Positions 1-15,797 of a stretch of DNA of 64,000 nucleotides are shown here, piece by piece. The notes beneath the pieces are model-generated. The model did no database searches. It was not told where the DNA came from and worked only from the letters and a program-made list of their open reading frames with translations. Made by a program: the position numbers and the translations under genes. The DNA lies in contig OX597827.1 in assembly GCA_951406725.2 (NCBI GenBank), positions 59,334,001 to 59,398,000 on the forward strand, in the 5' to 3' direction. Each line of letters begins with the position of its first letter. Positions within the stretch are counted from its first letter, which is position 1. This stretch comes from Octopus vulgaris (Eukaryota).

Positions 1-489
1 CTCATAAAGCTATAAATAATAACATGTAAAAATTGGATGAAAAATTCTTATGAGTAAATTTGGTAGATGGAAACTAGTTGGACGAAATGTAGCTAAGCTT
101 TTGTGAAAGAAATAACATGGTGATGTAAGACTTCAGTGATCCACAGAAATATATTTGATGTAGTGACTAGTTCTATCCTAAGCCTAAGCATATATATATA
201 TAAAAGTAGTGTGTCGCTAGGAATTGAACTCAGAACCTTGCAATCTTGAGCTGAATATATTAACCACTAAGCCACGTGCCTTCAGATGATTACATTGACA
301 CTGATCTAAAAGCTAAGATTGTATATGCTGCATTCTTTTGTTTTTTATAGCATAGCTGTTCTGACACATAGAGATTGATGAAATAAGTACCTGCCTAAAA
401 TAACTATTATGGTTGATAGGAATGAGTAAAACCCTTCAATGCAGTGCCCCAGCTCTGTAGCAGACCATTGCCTTATACCAATAAAATAC

Positions 490-708
490 TCTTCTACTCT
501 AGGCACAAGGCCAAAAATTTTGGGAGAGGGGGGGGGCAGTCAATTAGATTGACCCCAGTATGCAACTGGTGCTTAATTTAACAACCCCAAAATAATAATG
601 AAAGGCAAAGTCGACCTCGGTAGAATTTGAACTCAGAACATAAAGACAGATGAAATACTGCTAAGCGTTTCACCTGGTGTGCTAACGTTTCTGCCAGCTT
701 GCTGCCTT
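490..708 (-). mobile_element. tRNA-derived SINE, family B (Deu/Nin-like core); representative copy
   Basis: Minus strand: tRNA-like head, B-box-like GAGTTCAAAT, then GTCGACTTTGCCTTTCAT core. Similar copies near 9676-9888, 9918-10093, 36140-36298, 43650-43860 (+), 46160-46390, 46815-47020, 53913-54100, 61866-62283 and 63899-64000. Confidence 0.8.
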
Positions 709-1394
709 CTTATACCAATAAAATAATACAAGAATATTGGATAGAATACCTCATTGCATTTGTTTCAACCCTCTGTGCTCTGTCAAGACTGATATAAAGG
801 TACCAGTCCAGAGTTGTGAATCAATGGAACTGTTAGAGAATTATGCAAAGTGCTTTACAGTATTTATTCTAGTTCTTTGTATTCTGTCACTGCAACAACA
901 GTGGTGCCAAACAGTATCGGCCAGTGCTGTCTTAAAACAAGAGCACACTGGGCAGTTGGCCTGGAAACCTCATGGGTTTAGGGGCCCAATTCTGGTCTGT
1001 ACATGCTGTGACTTACTGCCAATAAAAAAAATACTATAGAGCCATGTGCAATGATTTGCCCAGAAGCCTATAAGCCTGCTACAACAGCTCTGGTATCAGC
1101 CCAAGTTGGCAGACATTTTCTTGTAGCAGATAGAGAGAGAGAGAGAGAGAGATAGCTGACCCAACCTTGGTTGATCAAATTCTAGTTTGCATCCCTCTGC
1201 CCTTCCTATCCAAAGCCACCTTGTAACCGTCTCTGCAGCTTCATTAAGGGAACTCATAGCCTTCCTTTTTATATCAGTTCCTCTTGTGCTCTCATGTTGG
1301 GCAGCAAATTGAAACCACCGGTCTCGGTTGTGTTTTTCTTTACATCCAGCCATGTGATATTAGTTGCTTATGAATGTTCTGTGCCTTATAGTTT

Positions 1395-1700
1395 TCAGTC
1401 TTCTCTTTCGTTTTTTGCCTTCCACTGGTGTCCATTTGAAAGCTGTTTTAGGATGGCATTGTTTTGATAACCAGAATGTATGTGATCTGCTGGTTTTAAT
1501 TTTCATTCTGTGATGATTTCATTAAGTGGTCCTGCATTGGCTTTCTTTAGAATGTCTTCCTTACTTTTGTGGCCTTGTCGCTATATTCTCACAATCCTTC
1601 TCAAGCATCTTTGGTGGAACACATCTTAGGGCAGCAGTGATTTTCGTGGTGCTCTTCCATGCCTCACTGGCATAGAGAACTGTTGGTAGAAGTATGTTAT
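1395..1700 (-). mobile_element. Decayed non-LTR retrotransposon (RTE-like) ORF C-terminal fragment
   Basis: Minus strand gives ILLPTVLYASEAWK...VFHQRCLRRI, resembling the post-RT LLYGxExW...FHxRCLRRI motif; frameshifted. Confidence 0.7.
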
Positions 1701-2646
1701 TGTTGTATTACCGGTTTTAACAAATCTCATCATGACCCCCCCAGACAGAAGATAAACATAAATTTTTACAGATATTTGATATGATGGGATTCATTAAAAC
1801 CGGAAATATTTTCTTTATATGATAATTTTGATAAAATCATTTTTATTAAATTCCCTCTTAAATTGAAATGTCTTTGGCTTACTTCTGTGCTATTTCTGTG
1901 TCCATCATTAAAAAAGACTTGTAACTTCTGTGAAAATACATATTCCTGAACCTCAAAGTTTCTTTGTAAGTTCTACAAGTATTGGCTTTGAGAAATGTTT
2001 TGGATACCTTCACAGTTTAATGACATTAACAACACCATACAATGCAACAACAACAACAACATGACTAAGAATTGTAATAACAACAATTATAGAGTATATA
2101 ATGGTTAATAATATTTTGTCTTTAATAATAATAATAATAATAATAATAATGATAATAATAATAGCAGTAGTTGTAGTTACAATAATAATAATAGTAATAA
2201 TAATAATAATAATGATAATAATGATAATAATATTAATAATTATCAATCACAATAATCATATTAATTATAATAATGATAAATAATTTACAGATATTGTATT
2301 ATATGTGTGTGTGTGTGTGTGTGTGTGTGAAATGGATGACAGGAAAATCAGGCGCCCTGGAAGGGCAGCCAGTTGGTTGGTATTGCTCGTTTGCATGTAG
2401 CATTCCCATATGCATTAGAGATATGCCAGTTCCTAGCGGCAGCTAGGTGAATGGAACGGCAAATGCAGAATGAAGTATTTTGCATATAAACAAAACAACA
2501 ACAACAACAAAACCTATAGTAGTTTGAACTCATAGTATTTGAGCATGTAACCCAGCAATTTATCATCCATCATGCTGTATATATATATATATATACATAT
2601 ATGTGTGTGTGTGTGTATAAATGTATGCATGTAATATATATATATA

Positions 2647-2709
<63 letters not shown>

Positions 2710-3177
2710 TTTATAAAAGGTTAGAGATCTTTCCAAATCAACTTTTTATATATAAATGATAGAGGTGGAAATAGCACAGAAGTAGACTTTTCAATTTAAG
2801 AAGGAATTTAATAAAAATTATTAAAAAAAAAATTATCGTATGGAGAAAATATTACCGGTTTTAACAAATCTCATCATGAACCCTACACAGAAGATAAACT
2901 GTTTTTACTTAATATTTTTATAAATTTTTACTGATATTTGATATGATGAGATTCATTAAAACCAGTAATATTTTCTTTATATGATAATCTTAAAAAATCA
3001 TTTTTATAAAATACCCTCTTAAATTGAAATGTCTTTGACTTCGATGTTATTTCTATGTCCATCTTTTATATATATAATATTATATATATCATATACATAT
3101 AGTATATATATATATATTATATATCATATATATATATTATATTATAATATTATATATATTATATATTATAATATATA

Positions 3178-3240
<63 letters not shown>

Positions 3241-3256
3241 CTATGTAGTATATATA

Positions 3257-3336
<80 letters not shown>

Positions 3337-3363
3337 TTATGAATATTATATACATGATGCTTG

Positions 3364-3415
<52 letters not shown>

Positions 3416-3783
3416 CACATATGTATATATACATATATATATGCATACATGCAGCTACTGCTAAAAGACATTTTCTCCAGTGACCATTGCCACCACAGAT
3501 TACTAAGATTAACTTGGAACACTCAGACACTAAGAAAAACTCAGACACAGCCCAGCAATTAAGGATTACTTTATATCATGTTAAATTAGTCGCTAGTTTT
3601 CTTTATCATATGCATATTTAGTTTTTAGGTATTGTAGTGATGTTCATTCTGTTTGATCATCTGGTTGGAAGTGATGATGGTCATGCATCTACCTTTATAG
3701 AGTATCAGAGGTTGTTGTGTTTTCACAAATGCTTGTTCTACACTTTAATTCTTATATTATATTGTATATATACATACATACAT

Positions 3784-3850
<67 letters not shown>

Positions 3851-3923
3851 TGTTTGTGTGCATGTATACACACTCTATGTCCATAAACGTACAAATCCAT
3901 AAATATATATATATGTATATATA

Positions 3924-3955
<32 letters not shown>

Positions 3956-4001
3956 CACACATGTATGTATGTATGTATGTATCTACCTATCTATCTATCT
4001 T

Positions 4002-4038
<37 letters not shown>

Positions 4039-4303
4039 GAATGCATGTCCTTATATAAGTTTGTTTGTATGTGTATATTAGTAGTAGCATTTTTTTTCAG
4101 GTTTGATTATGTACATAGTAATTATAGGATAAAAGTTTAAAAAGAGAACTCAATCACTTTGATAGAGAAAATGCTTCATTCATAGGTTTAGGGCTGGTTC
4201 CAGTATACACCATTCCAGTAAACATTGGTCATCTCTCTCTGTAAAATGTAACATCTGAATCCCTCAAAACAAATCACTGTGGAATGGTATTCTGTAAACC
4301 AAC

Positions 4304-4366
<63 letters not shown>

Positions 4367-4774
4367 GTGTGTGTGTGTATATATATATAGTATTTGCTTT
4401 TGTTTTTCTTATAGTGTGTATTCATGTTTATAATTTTCATTTGACATTATATATTGATTTTCTTGTGTGCCTGTGATGGAGCAGCCGTAGAGTTATCTTC
4501 CCTTGTATTATGAATTCTTATTTATTTATTTATTTCGTATAATTTATTATAATTTATATCGTCATATCATCCGAATGCATTTAGTTTTCATACAAATGCC
4601 ACACTTGCATTTAAAGGTTTATATGTGCATGCCAGTGCATGTGTTTGTGTGAGTGTGTGTGTATATATATGTGTGTGAGTGAACATGTATTTGTATGTGT
4701 GTGTGTGCATGTGCGCATGTACGTGTATATATATATATATATATACATATTTATCTCTGTATATATATATATAT

Positions 4775-4828
<54 letters not shown>

Positions 4829-5073
4829 ACACATACCCACTCACACATACGGTTACATATATAGAGTGTGAAAAGAGAGAAATATATCTATCTATATTAT
4901 TTTATATGTACATAAATGTATATATATATATATATATATAATCATGCATATTTATACATATTTATATATATATGAACATATATGCATGTGTGTGTATACG
5001 TGTGTGTATATATATATAATACATCTATCTATAATTATATATATATATACGTACATATATCTTTTTATATACA

Positions 5074-5129
<56 letters not shown>

Positions 5130-5988
5130 TATATATCTATATATATATATACACCTATATATATATACATATACATATCTATATATATATACATATAAAC
5201 ATATATATATATATATATGCATATATATATACATATATATATGCATACATATAAGAATATACATACATATATATATATAAACACACATATATATATACAT
5301 ACATATGAATATATATATGCACACACATGCATGTATATATATGTATATATTTATATATACATACATAAAATTGTACATACATTTATATATGTATGGATGC
5401 ATGCATGTGCACACATGCTCTCTCTCACACACGCACATGCACACACACATATATATATATATATATATAGATACAGATAAACCTGCATATATTCTCAAAT
5501 ACATATATTTATATACAGAAAAAAAAGTTAACATACCCATACACACAACCACACCTGCATATATGCTAATATATGGTATATTTACATAAATCTATGAAAT
5601 ATTTATCTATTCATTTGCATATATAACATGTTTCAATATACATAAACACGTACACACATAGCTATATATATACATACATATATATATGTATATACATACA
5701 TACACAAAAGAAATTTTTTTCTTAATATATGTCAGATTATATATTGATAAATATTTTTTTTATATGACCATGTATGTATAATTATTAAGTAAGCATAAAG
5801 TCTTCGTCATGTGTTTGTACACGATAGTTTGTTTCTTTTTCTTTTTAATTGTGCTTGTATATGTATGCATGTGTGTATATATGAGAGTTTTACCAGTGCA
5901 TGTATATAAAACTGTTTATTAATTTAAATCAGTTATTGTATTTCAATTTTAGTTACATTTAAAAAAAAATCATTTGAAGATTTCATTT

Positions 5989-6110
<122 letters not shown>

Positions 6111-6123
6111 GTATATATATATG

Positions 6124-6170
<47 letters not shown>

Positions 6171-6406
6171 ATACATATATATATCATATTCAGTGAATCT
6201 GATTTTAGTCTCATTGAATGAGTATACAATCTTTCTATGCAATTTTTTTTGAATTGTTTGTATTCTTTTTTGTCTGAATTCATTTATTATTGTACACTAA
6301 CTTTTTTTTTTTTTTACGTTTTTACTCATCTTGCATACATACATACATGCATACATACGTATACCCAGATGCATACAAGCATGCAAACATACACACCTAC
6401 AAGCAT

Positions 6407-6436
6407 ATCTATCTATCTATCTATCTATCTACCTAA

Positions 6437-6512
<76 letters not shown>

Positions 6513-6521
6513 CAGCTATCC

Positions 6522-6576
<55 letters not shown>

Positions 6577-6600
6577 AATCTATCTATCTATCTATCTATC
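6407..6600. repeat. (CTAT)n tetranucleotide microsatellite
   Basis: Direct reading. Confidence 0.95.
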
Positions 6601-7425
6601 TGTTAATATACTTATTCTCACATTCATACACACACATTGTATGTATATATGTATCTATCTATATATAAATATATATATGTGCATAAATATATATGTGCAT
6701 GCATATATATAATATGCATTTAAATCTCAATATACACATATATACATATGCACAAATTATATATATATGTGTGTGTGTGTGTATATGTATGTATATGTGT
6801 ATGTGTAATGTATGTAGGACTTTTAGTGTCATAGAATTTAATTTCACTATTATATAAGCAAACTGGGCAATTTAGAAGCTCTGATAGTCTTCATTGTTCC
6901 ATTTGTACTGTTTCAAGATAGCTAGCTGCTGTTATATTAAGCTTGCAGTAAACCTTAAGCAAGTCTTTCGGCATCATTTTGCTCAATATCAAGTTCAACA
7001 CTTCACATAACAGGAACAATACTATTAATCATGAAATCAATAAGATTTTATACAGAATAATCTTGACTTTTCAAATCTGTTCCTTTTGGATCACTCAAAC
7101 GTTTGTTTTGTCATAGCTCAGAAATCCTTAAATCTCAATTGATTTTATTGAGCACTTTTAGATTGTTTTGTTTCATTTTTGTATAAATTAAAATGTGTTC
7201 ATTTGTGGAACATATGTATTTGAACCTCTGTGTATGAGAACATATATGTATATATATATATATTTATCTTCAAGTCAGTTTCTGCATTTTTATCTCTCTT
7301 CTTCTTCATGTTTCTGTTTAATTCTCATACATCCCCCACCCCCATCTCTCTCTTTCTCTTCCTCTCTCTCTCTCTCTCATCCCCTCATTTGTCCTTCATT
7401 CTACTTCTCTCCATTCATCTACAAT

Positions 7426-7459
<34 letters not shown>

Positions 7460-7728
7460 CATTTATCTATCTATCTACATATCCAAAATTCATTTATTCC
7501 ATCGTTTTCTTGTCCTCTCTCTCTCTCTCTCACACATGTTCATTTTCTCTATTCACGTATATATATGTATATGCATAAGTATATATATATACATGCACAT
7601 GCAGTTGCATATATGTAAATCCACACATCTGTAGATGACTGTGTGTATATATGTGTATGCATGTGTGTAAGTCTATATGTAAACATATATAGCCCTTTCC
7701 AACCCCCTGCCCCAGGCAGTGACCTCTG

Positions 7729-7955
7729 TCAGCAGCGCTTGCAACCACACTTTCGGATCACTGGTAGGTTATAGACGAAATTGGTTCCATCTGCACAGAA
7801 CAGTCGTACACGGCGGGTTTTGATTTTCTTCGGCTTGCAACAGTGACGGCCGCATGAACCCTCACAGCGCCGAAATTTCACCTTGGTCCGTGATTTGCAG
7901 CCTGTCTTAGGGTCCTTGTGGGTCTCTTTGTAGGCTATGTCACGGCAAGTTGGTG
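7729..7955 (-). CDS. slit: Slit last coding exon: C-terminal cystine knot
   Basis: tttcag|...TGA; APTCRDIAYKETHKDPKTGCKSRTKVKFRRCEGSCGRHCCKPKKIKTRRVRLFCADGTNFVYNLPVIRKCGCKRC*. Confidence 0.95.
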
Positions 7956-8124
7956 CTGAAATAAGAGGAATAAAAAGAAATGTAATAATAATAATAATAA
8001 TAATAGTAATGATAATAAATATTGAACTCAGAATATAATGCCGCTAAACATTTTGCCTGGCATGCTTAAGATTCTGCCAGCTCACTGCCTTAATCTTGGA
8101 GGTTCTAATAATAATAATGATAAC

Positions 8125-8185
<61 letters not shown>

Positions 8186-8186
<1 letters not shown>

Positions 8187-8850
8187 ATACAGAATAGACA
8201 ACACAGTAGAAAGTGATATGTGCAGAATTTTTGGACAAAATGGTGAAACTGTATGGCATATTACTAGCCAATGTATGCCACTAGCTCAGAAGAAATATAA
8301 GAGACGCCATGACAATATAGCCAGGCTTATCCATTGGACACTTTGCAACAAGTATGGATTTGATAGAGCATAAAATTGGTACAACTACAAACCTGAAGGC
8401 ATCGTTGAAAATAGAAATGCAAAGATCCTATGGGATTTTATGATTCAGTGCGACCATGAGATAGAGAATAGGAAGCCAGACATAGTCTTAATTGAGAAAG
8501 AAAACAAACTATGCTGGATCATAGATATAGCATGCCCAGCTGACAACAAGGTATGCGATAAGGAAGAAAGAAAAGTCGAGAGATATGACAGGTTAGCTTG
8601 GGAAGTTGAGCAGTTGTGGTCGATGAAAAAGCTAACAGTAGTACCAATAATTGTCGGAGCCCTACGAACAGTGAGCAAAAATCTCGAGAAGTACATGGAA
8701 CAAATAGGGGCTGCAATAAAGGTGGAGCACTGCTTGGAACTGCTCAAATACTCCGGAAGGTGCTCGAAAAATAAGGTGTCACCTTAGTTCACTGGTAGGG
8801 AATAGCTGACACTGTAGTACATCTCCAGTGTTAGAAGCTGTGCAAAGGCA
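8186..8850 (+). mobile_element. 5'-truncated RLE-type non-LTR retrotransposon (R4/Dong-like)
   Basis: CRIFGQNGETVWHITSQC...YKRRHD, one in-frame stop, then ILWDF...RKPDIVLIEK...IIDIACP..D...E..K..RY (zinc knuckle plus PD-(D/E)xK endonuclease); (AAT)n on both sides. Confidence 0.88.
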
Positions 8851-9052
8851 ATGAAATAATAATGATAATGATAATAATAATAGGTCAGATTTTGGCACTA
8901 GGGGCTAAATCTCACTTTGATGTCAATGCTCATCTGATACGTATTTCACTGATTCCAATTTTGAACTTGGAACACAAAAACAGAGTAAATACCAAGGGGC
9001 ATTCTGTCCAGCATACTAACAATTTTACCATCTTGCTGCCTTAATAATAATA

Positions 9053-9630
9053 ATACATGTAGTAAGTGAATGTAGCATGCTGGCATAGAAAGAATACAAG
9101 AAAAGACATGACAACTTAAGGAGAATAATCCACAAGGAGTTATGTAGAAAGCTAGGATTTGACCATTCTGATAAATGGTATGAACATGCTAGAAAGTAAG
9201 AAATATAAGATGTTGTGGGACTTTAACATTCAGGCTGACAGAGTAATAGAAGTTAGAAGGCCCGATTTAGTAGTAGTAGATAAAGAGAATAGAAAGTGCC
9301 AGATAATCGACTTTACACTCCTGGATGATGAAAAAAAAAATCAATATGAGAGGTATTGAGAAAATAGTAAAGGACCAAAACTTAGCCATTGAGTTACAGA
9401 GGCTATGGAAAATGTGGGTAAAATGTGTCCCTGTAGTTATAGGTGCATTAGGAACTATCCCTAAAGATTTGAACAGATGGATAGAGGAAATAGGCATAAA
9501 ACCTAGTACAGCTCCCGGAAACACTGTTACTAGGGACAGTTAGGATCTTAGGAAGATTCTTGGCATCTAAGGGTACTTGTAGCCCAATGTTAGGAATTTT
9601 TCTTTTCCGGTCTAATCTGTTGCGCATATG
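9053..9630 (+). mobile_element. Second, divergent R4/Dong-like RLE retrotransposon fragment
   Basis: HVVSECSMLA*KEYKKRHD...MLWDFNIQADRVIEVRRPDLVVVDK...IIDF...VPVVIGALGTIP; frameshifted; AAT-type repeats on both flanks. Confidence 0.85.
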
Positions 9631-10110
9631 TGAAATAACAACAACAACTATAATAATAATAACAACAATAATACTGGTTTCAAATTTTGGCACAAGGCCA
9701 GCAATGTTGGGGGATTGGTAAGTCAATTATGTCAGCCCCAGTGTTTAAATGGTACTTAATTTATCTACCCCAAAAGAATGAAAGGTGAAGCCAACTTTGG
9801 CAGAATTTGAACTGAGAACCTGAAGACTGACAAAATGCCGACAAGCATTTCGCCAAGCATACTAACCATTCAGTCAGCCCACTGCCTTAACAAAAACAAT
9901 AATATTACTAATAATAATGGTTTCAAATTTTGCCACAAGAGCAGCAATTTTGGGGAAGGGGGATGAATCAATTACATTGACCCCTGAAAGGATGAAAGGC
10001 AAAGTTGACCTTGGTGGAATTTGAAATCAGAATGTAGGGACGGGCGAAATACCACAAGGCATTTCGTCTAGTGTGCTAACGATTCTGTCACCTTAATAAT
10101 AATATTAATG

Positions 10111-10164
<54 letters not shown>

Positions 10165-10398
10165 GTAATAATAATAATAATAATAATAGTAATAACAATA
10201 ACAACAGCAACAATAACAAAGATAATAACAACAATATTAATAACAACAATAATATTAATAATAATGATAGTAACAACAGTAACAACAATAATAATTTTAA
10301 ATGAAAGAGTTAGTTGATACCATTTATCCCCAGTACTTGACAGGTACTTTGAATCAAATTTTACAGAATATACTGAATGTATATATAATAATAATAAC

Positions 10399-10460
<62 letters not shown>

Positions 10461-11146
10461 TAATAAAATTAAGTTGGGGGTAAAAATATAAGGAAAAGAA
10501 TCTGAAAATGCAGGAGTCTTTTAAAAGTATTTATTAACTTAACCGGTTTCATTTATTTAAAAAGATTTTGAAATGTAAAGTATGAGGCTTTGTGTATCCT
10601 CTGTGGTGTCAAAAATTAGTTTACATAAATGTATTCAAATCAAATGATAGGAGTCTTTGACAATGATAAAAAGTTTGAGGCTTTGTGTATTCTCTGTGAT
10701 GAGTCATAAAATAGTTTAAATAAATATATTCAAATATGTAAAAAAGTTTTTGGCCAGAAGATAAAATGTGCTGGCTTGTCAATCAGTGAGTGCTAAAGTT
10801 TTAGTCTAACTGTGATTAGAATCCATAATTGTTTGCAGCATCTTAAATTGAAAAAAAAGGTGAGCAGAGAAATATCAAACCATTTATAGTTCTCGGATCT
10901 GGCTGTAGGATCTCGCATCTTGATGGAATTTGACAGTTACTACTATTTTATACAGAGATGGTGGCTCAAAATTGCCACAAACTTTTTCTTATTGTCAAAG
11001 ACCCAATCACTTTTTTGACACTCATTTTTGACATCACAGAAGATACATAAAACCTCATAATTTTCTTTCGAAAATCTTTTTAATTAACTAAAACCGGTTA
11101 ACTTAATAAATGCTTTTAAAAGAATCCTGTATTTTCACATTCTTTT

Positions 11147-11552
<406 letters not shown>

Positions 11553-11986
11553 CTATATATGTATATAGAGAGAGATATATAGATATAGATATATATTATT
11601 GTCTGTTCAATGCATAGGACTTGAAGATCCTTTTGTATTCTCTTTTGCCATGAGAATGGTTGGCTGAAATACTCTGATGCTTGCTTAAGAGCTTTGCAAA
11701 CCTATTACCATATTTGCTGGTAATAAGGGACATGATTTCAATTCATAATGCACTGAACCAAAATAACAAAAGGTATCTCTTTCAACGCTCTCATATTCTA
11801 TTACTCTGCTGAAGATAAATATAACTACAAAATTATTAAAGTAAAAAAGGAACAAAACATATGAGTAAAACAGAGAAACATTTTGAATGAATTCTGGAAG
11901 CAGAAAAGAAGAAATTAGTTTTGTATAGTGACTAGAACTATATACACATACTATCATGCATGCATATATGAATGCATATATATATG

Positions 11987-12219
<233 letters not shown>

Positions 12220-12269
12220 ATATATAGATAGATAGATAAGCACATGCAATACAGATATACTTATTGATA

Positions 12270-12700
12270 AGGGTGTGCAGAATGAATAAAAGTTATGTGC
12301 TGGTCTGTTTAGTCCTGATGGTGGTAATAAATTCCTGTGGCAACATTTTATAAAAATCTCAGGTCTTGTATTCAGGTAGTCAGTAGAATTATGAAGGCTT
12401 TTAAGTATGAAATTCTTCTCAGCTGTACATAAATTACATCTTTTATTCCTGCTCTTGTAAAATCTGTTTCTCACAAAGATCTTCCACTGAATGTTGAAAT
12501 CAAAAACCCTGTTCATTCAAGTACCAGATATAACTGCACAGTTTTGAGACATTCAGCTTTTGTATATGTTTGAAAGACATGATATAATTGAAGTACCATT
12601 GTTTAAATAACCTCCACTCATGCCTATGTAGTGTTTCTGCACTACTTCAAGGATTGGCTTGGTAAAGTTGACTTCTGTTTCACATATGATTACTTCAGTG
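12270..12700 (-). mobile_element. Decayed Penelope-like element, GIY-YIG endonuclease C-terminal remnant
   Basis: KHYIGMS...FKQWYFNYIMSFKH...[10 protein letters not shown] / FNIQWKIF...[13 protein letters not shown]...[13 protein letters not shown] matches the PLE endonuclease tail pattern. Confidence 0.75.
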
Positions 12701-14422
12701 TTACATTACTGATTTTATGGTTATTTTAGATTTATATGTTATTACATTGACAGTGCAACTAAATCTCTGATTAAGACTGTTCCTGTTAAATAATTTTGTC
12801 AATTAGTTTAGAAGTTTTGTTAATAAATTCACTATTCCATTAATGAATTGAATAATTCTTTTTGTTAACCAATGATGCAATTTCATAAAAAAAAACTAGA
12901 TGCTCCTTTTAATAATTATTCATTTAGTTTGGTTAATTACTTACATGGTTTGTTAATGAGTTAGTTTGATTAGATAGTTAAAATTTAATGACATGAGTTA
13001 GTAAGTTGGTCTGGTTGAGAAGGTACTTAATTGATTAATTAGTTACCTGTTTTGTTTGTGTAATTAGTAATTTGGGAGGTTAATTACTTGATTTTTTACT
13101 TGATTGACCAATTAGTTTTAATGTACAGAATATTTTTTCTGTTTTGTTTTGTTGTTTGGTTAATTAATCAGTTTGGGTAATTGTTTAAGTGACAGTCTGG
13201 ATAGTTAATTGATTGGTGAGATTATTAATTAGAAGAATAATTAGTAATTAATCATTCATCCCATTCATCAGTCATTCATTCATTCAAGTATGCGGTGAGC
13301 AGAAGATCAAAGCAGATAAGGTATGAATTTTCAGTTCATCCACCGATGAGATTCCTCTCATGTTATCTCTAAAACACACACACACACACATGAGTATTCC
13401 CGTTCTCCCTCCTCTTTCTTTCGATGAACAATTGAAAATTATAATGGGTTAACTTGAGCGTGGATTGTATCTTCAGATGGTTGACACTTGGATACTATCC
13501 AGAGCCACAACCTTATATGATAATTTGTTGCACACCTAGCACATGCATGACTGTGACTGAGATGTGCACATCCAAGCCATGTGATTTTAAGTTAAGTCTC
13601 ATTGCACGGCACCTTGGGTAAGCCTCGAGGAAATGTCTTCTGCTCTAGCTTCAGACTTACCAAAGCCTTGTGAGTGAATTTGGTGGTAATGGAAACTGAA
13701 GACCATCATATATACATTTCTGTGTATGTATGTGTATGTGTGTGTGAGTGTGTGTATGGACATTTACACGCATGCCAGTGCATTTGCTTACATCTAAGAT
13801 CATTTGTTTAATACTTTGGCTCGTGCTGTTGTTAGTTTCTCAGGTCAACATATCTGTTCACATTTAGGCTTCAAAGCAATGCAGAATAAGAGATCTGTTA
13901 CTTAAGAAACAGGTTAAGGTTGGCATAAGGAAAGGTTTCAAATACCACACCTCATTAAGTGTGAAAAAGTATATAAAATAAATGAACAAATGAGTATAAG
14001 GGATATATATATATGTGCATGTGTGTATATATATATATATATATATTTAAAGGGCTAAAAAACCACTAAGTGGTCAGCCGTATGCTAGAAGTAGATCACC
14101 AACGTTCAAACTACCAAGAAAAGAATGTTCTCTAGAGAAAAATTCAGTGGACATCAGAACTATAATTTTCATCTGTCTTGCCCGCATATTGTTCTGGTGT
14201 CTGCTGAATTTTTCTCTAGAGAACATTCTTTTCTTTGTAGTTTGATTGATGGTGATCTACTTCTAGCATACGGCTGACCACTTAGTGGTTTTTTTTAGCC
14301 CTTTAAATATACACATGTATTAGAATTTTCTCTGATTTTTCAGATTTTTGTATGCTAGGCTACTGGTTTTAAATTGATATTAATTAAATTAATATTCAAT
14401 TTATCTCCCTCATTATTTAAAC

Positions 14423-14517
<95 letters not shown>

Positions 14518-14922
14518 CTGAAGAAAAAACAGTTAGAAGCATTAATGTATCAAAATGAATAAATATATATATATATATATTAATGGGACACATTATGTTT
14601 CTGAAAACTGATCCTATTAGTAAAAAGAAAAACAAGTCACCAGTTTCATTAACATCTGTAAAGGAAGTTTCACTATGTGCAAATATAATATAAGTGGTGT
14701 ATGTGCAAGCAAAAGCCCACAGAGAAGAAAACCCGAAGAGAACTATGCAAGAGGACAACAGAAGGAGATAAAATAGAAAAAGAAAGTGAGACTGAGAAAT
14801 ATTAGACAGTGGTGCACTGAGAATATGCTGTGAAGGTACTTTTAATAGTGTCTTTGCAGGCCAATGAAGAAGCTTTGAGCAGTAGATGCAGTTCACTCTG
14901 GTGCATATGTAGAGCAACTTAC

Positions 14923-15057
14923 CTATGTCACATCTTTGGCCAGTGTAACCACGTCTACAGCGACATTTATATGTGTTGTCCTTCTGGGGGGTACATCGAC
15001 CCTGCCTACAATCATGTTTGTCACAGGGGTTCATCTTTTTCACTTCTATATCTTCAC
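14923..15057 (-). CDS. slit: Slit exon: extra EGF module (EGF8), symmetric phase 1-1
   Basis: tactag|...|gtaagt; 135 nt; GEDIEVKKMNPCDKHDCRQGRCTPQKDNTYKCRCRRGYTGQRCDI; six cysteines intact. Confidence 0.88.
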
Positions 15058-15755
15058 CTAGTAGGGATTTCAATGGGGAAATGCATAGACTTTATCAATA
15101 TTTTTCAGTAGAGAGAGAAAGAGAGAGAACAATGGGATCAGAGACAGAGAGAACAAAGGGATCAGAGAGAGAAAGTTGAGCTGGGGAAAAGGGCTTGATG
15201 AGAAAATAAACAAGACTGTGTCCTAGTATAGCCGCAGCTCAATGAATAGAAGGACAGAAAATATAATGGTTTCTGATTTAGGCACAAGGCCAGCAATTTT
15301 GAAGAGAAATGATTGACTGGTACTTTATTTCATCAACCCTGAAGAGATTAAAGGCAAGGTTGATCTCAGTGGGATTTGAACCTGGGACAAATACCACCAG
15401 CTATTCTACTCATTCATGGTCATAACCCTTTAGCATTTAAACCAGCCATATTTGGTTCAAACAGGCCAGATCCAACCTCTCACACCTACCCTACAATAAC
15501 GTTCTAAAAATATGCTATTACATCACCGAAATATTGAGCTATGAGATAATGCCTGATTAATTCAAAACAAAAGGAATAAATATGCATTGGTATTTGAACT
15601 GTGTATTGACAGTAGTCTGAGTTCCAAACACTTGAAAGGATAGAATGATAATAATAATGACTTTATCGTCTCATTTAAACTGTATGTTTTGTTTTTTTTA
15701 TAGTTTAGTTATATGTTTTTAATTATTTGAACTATGTAGTTAAATTAGCTGCCTG

Positions 15756-15797
<42 letters not shown>

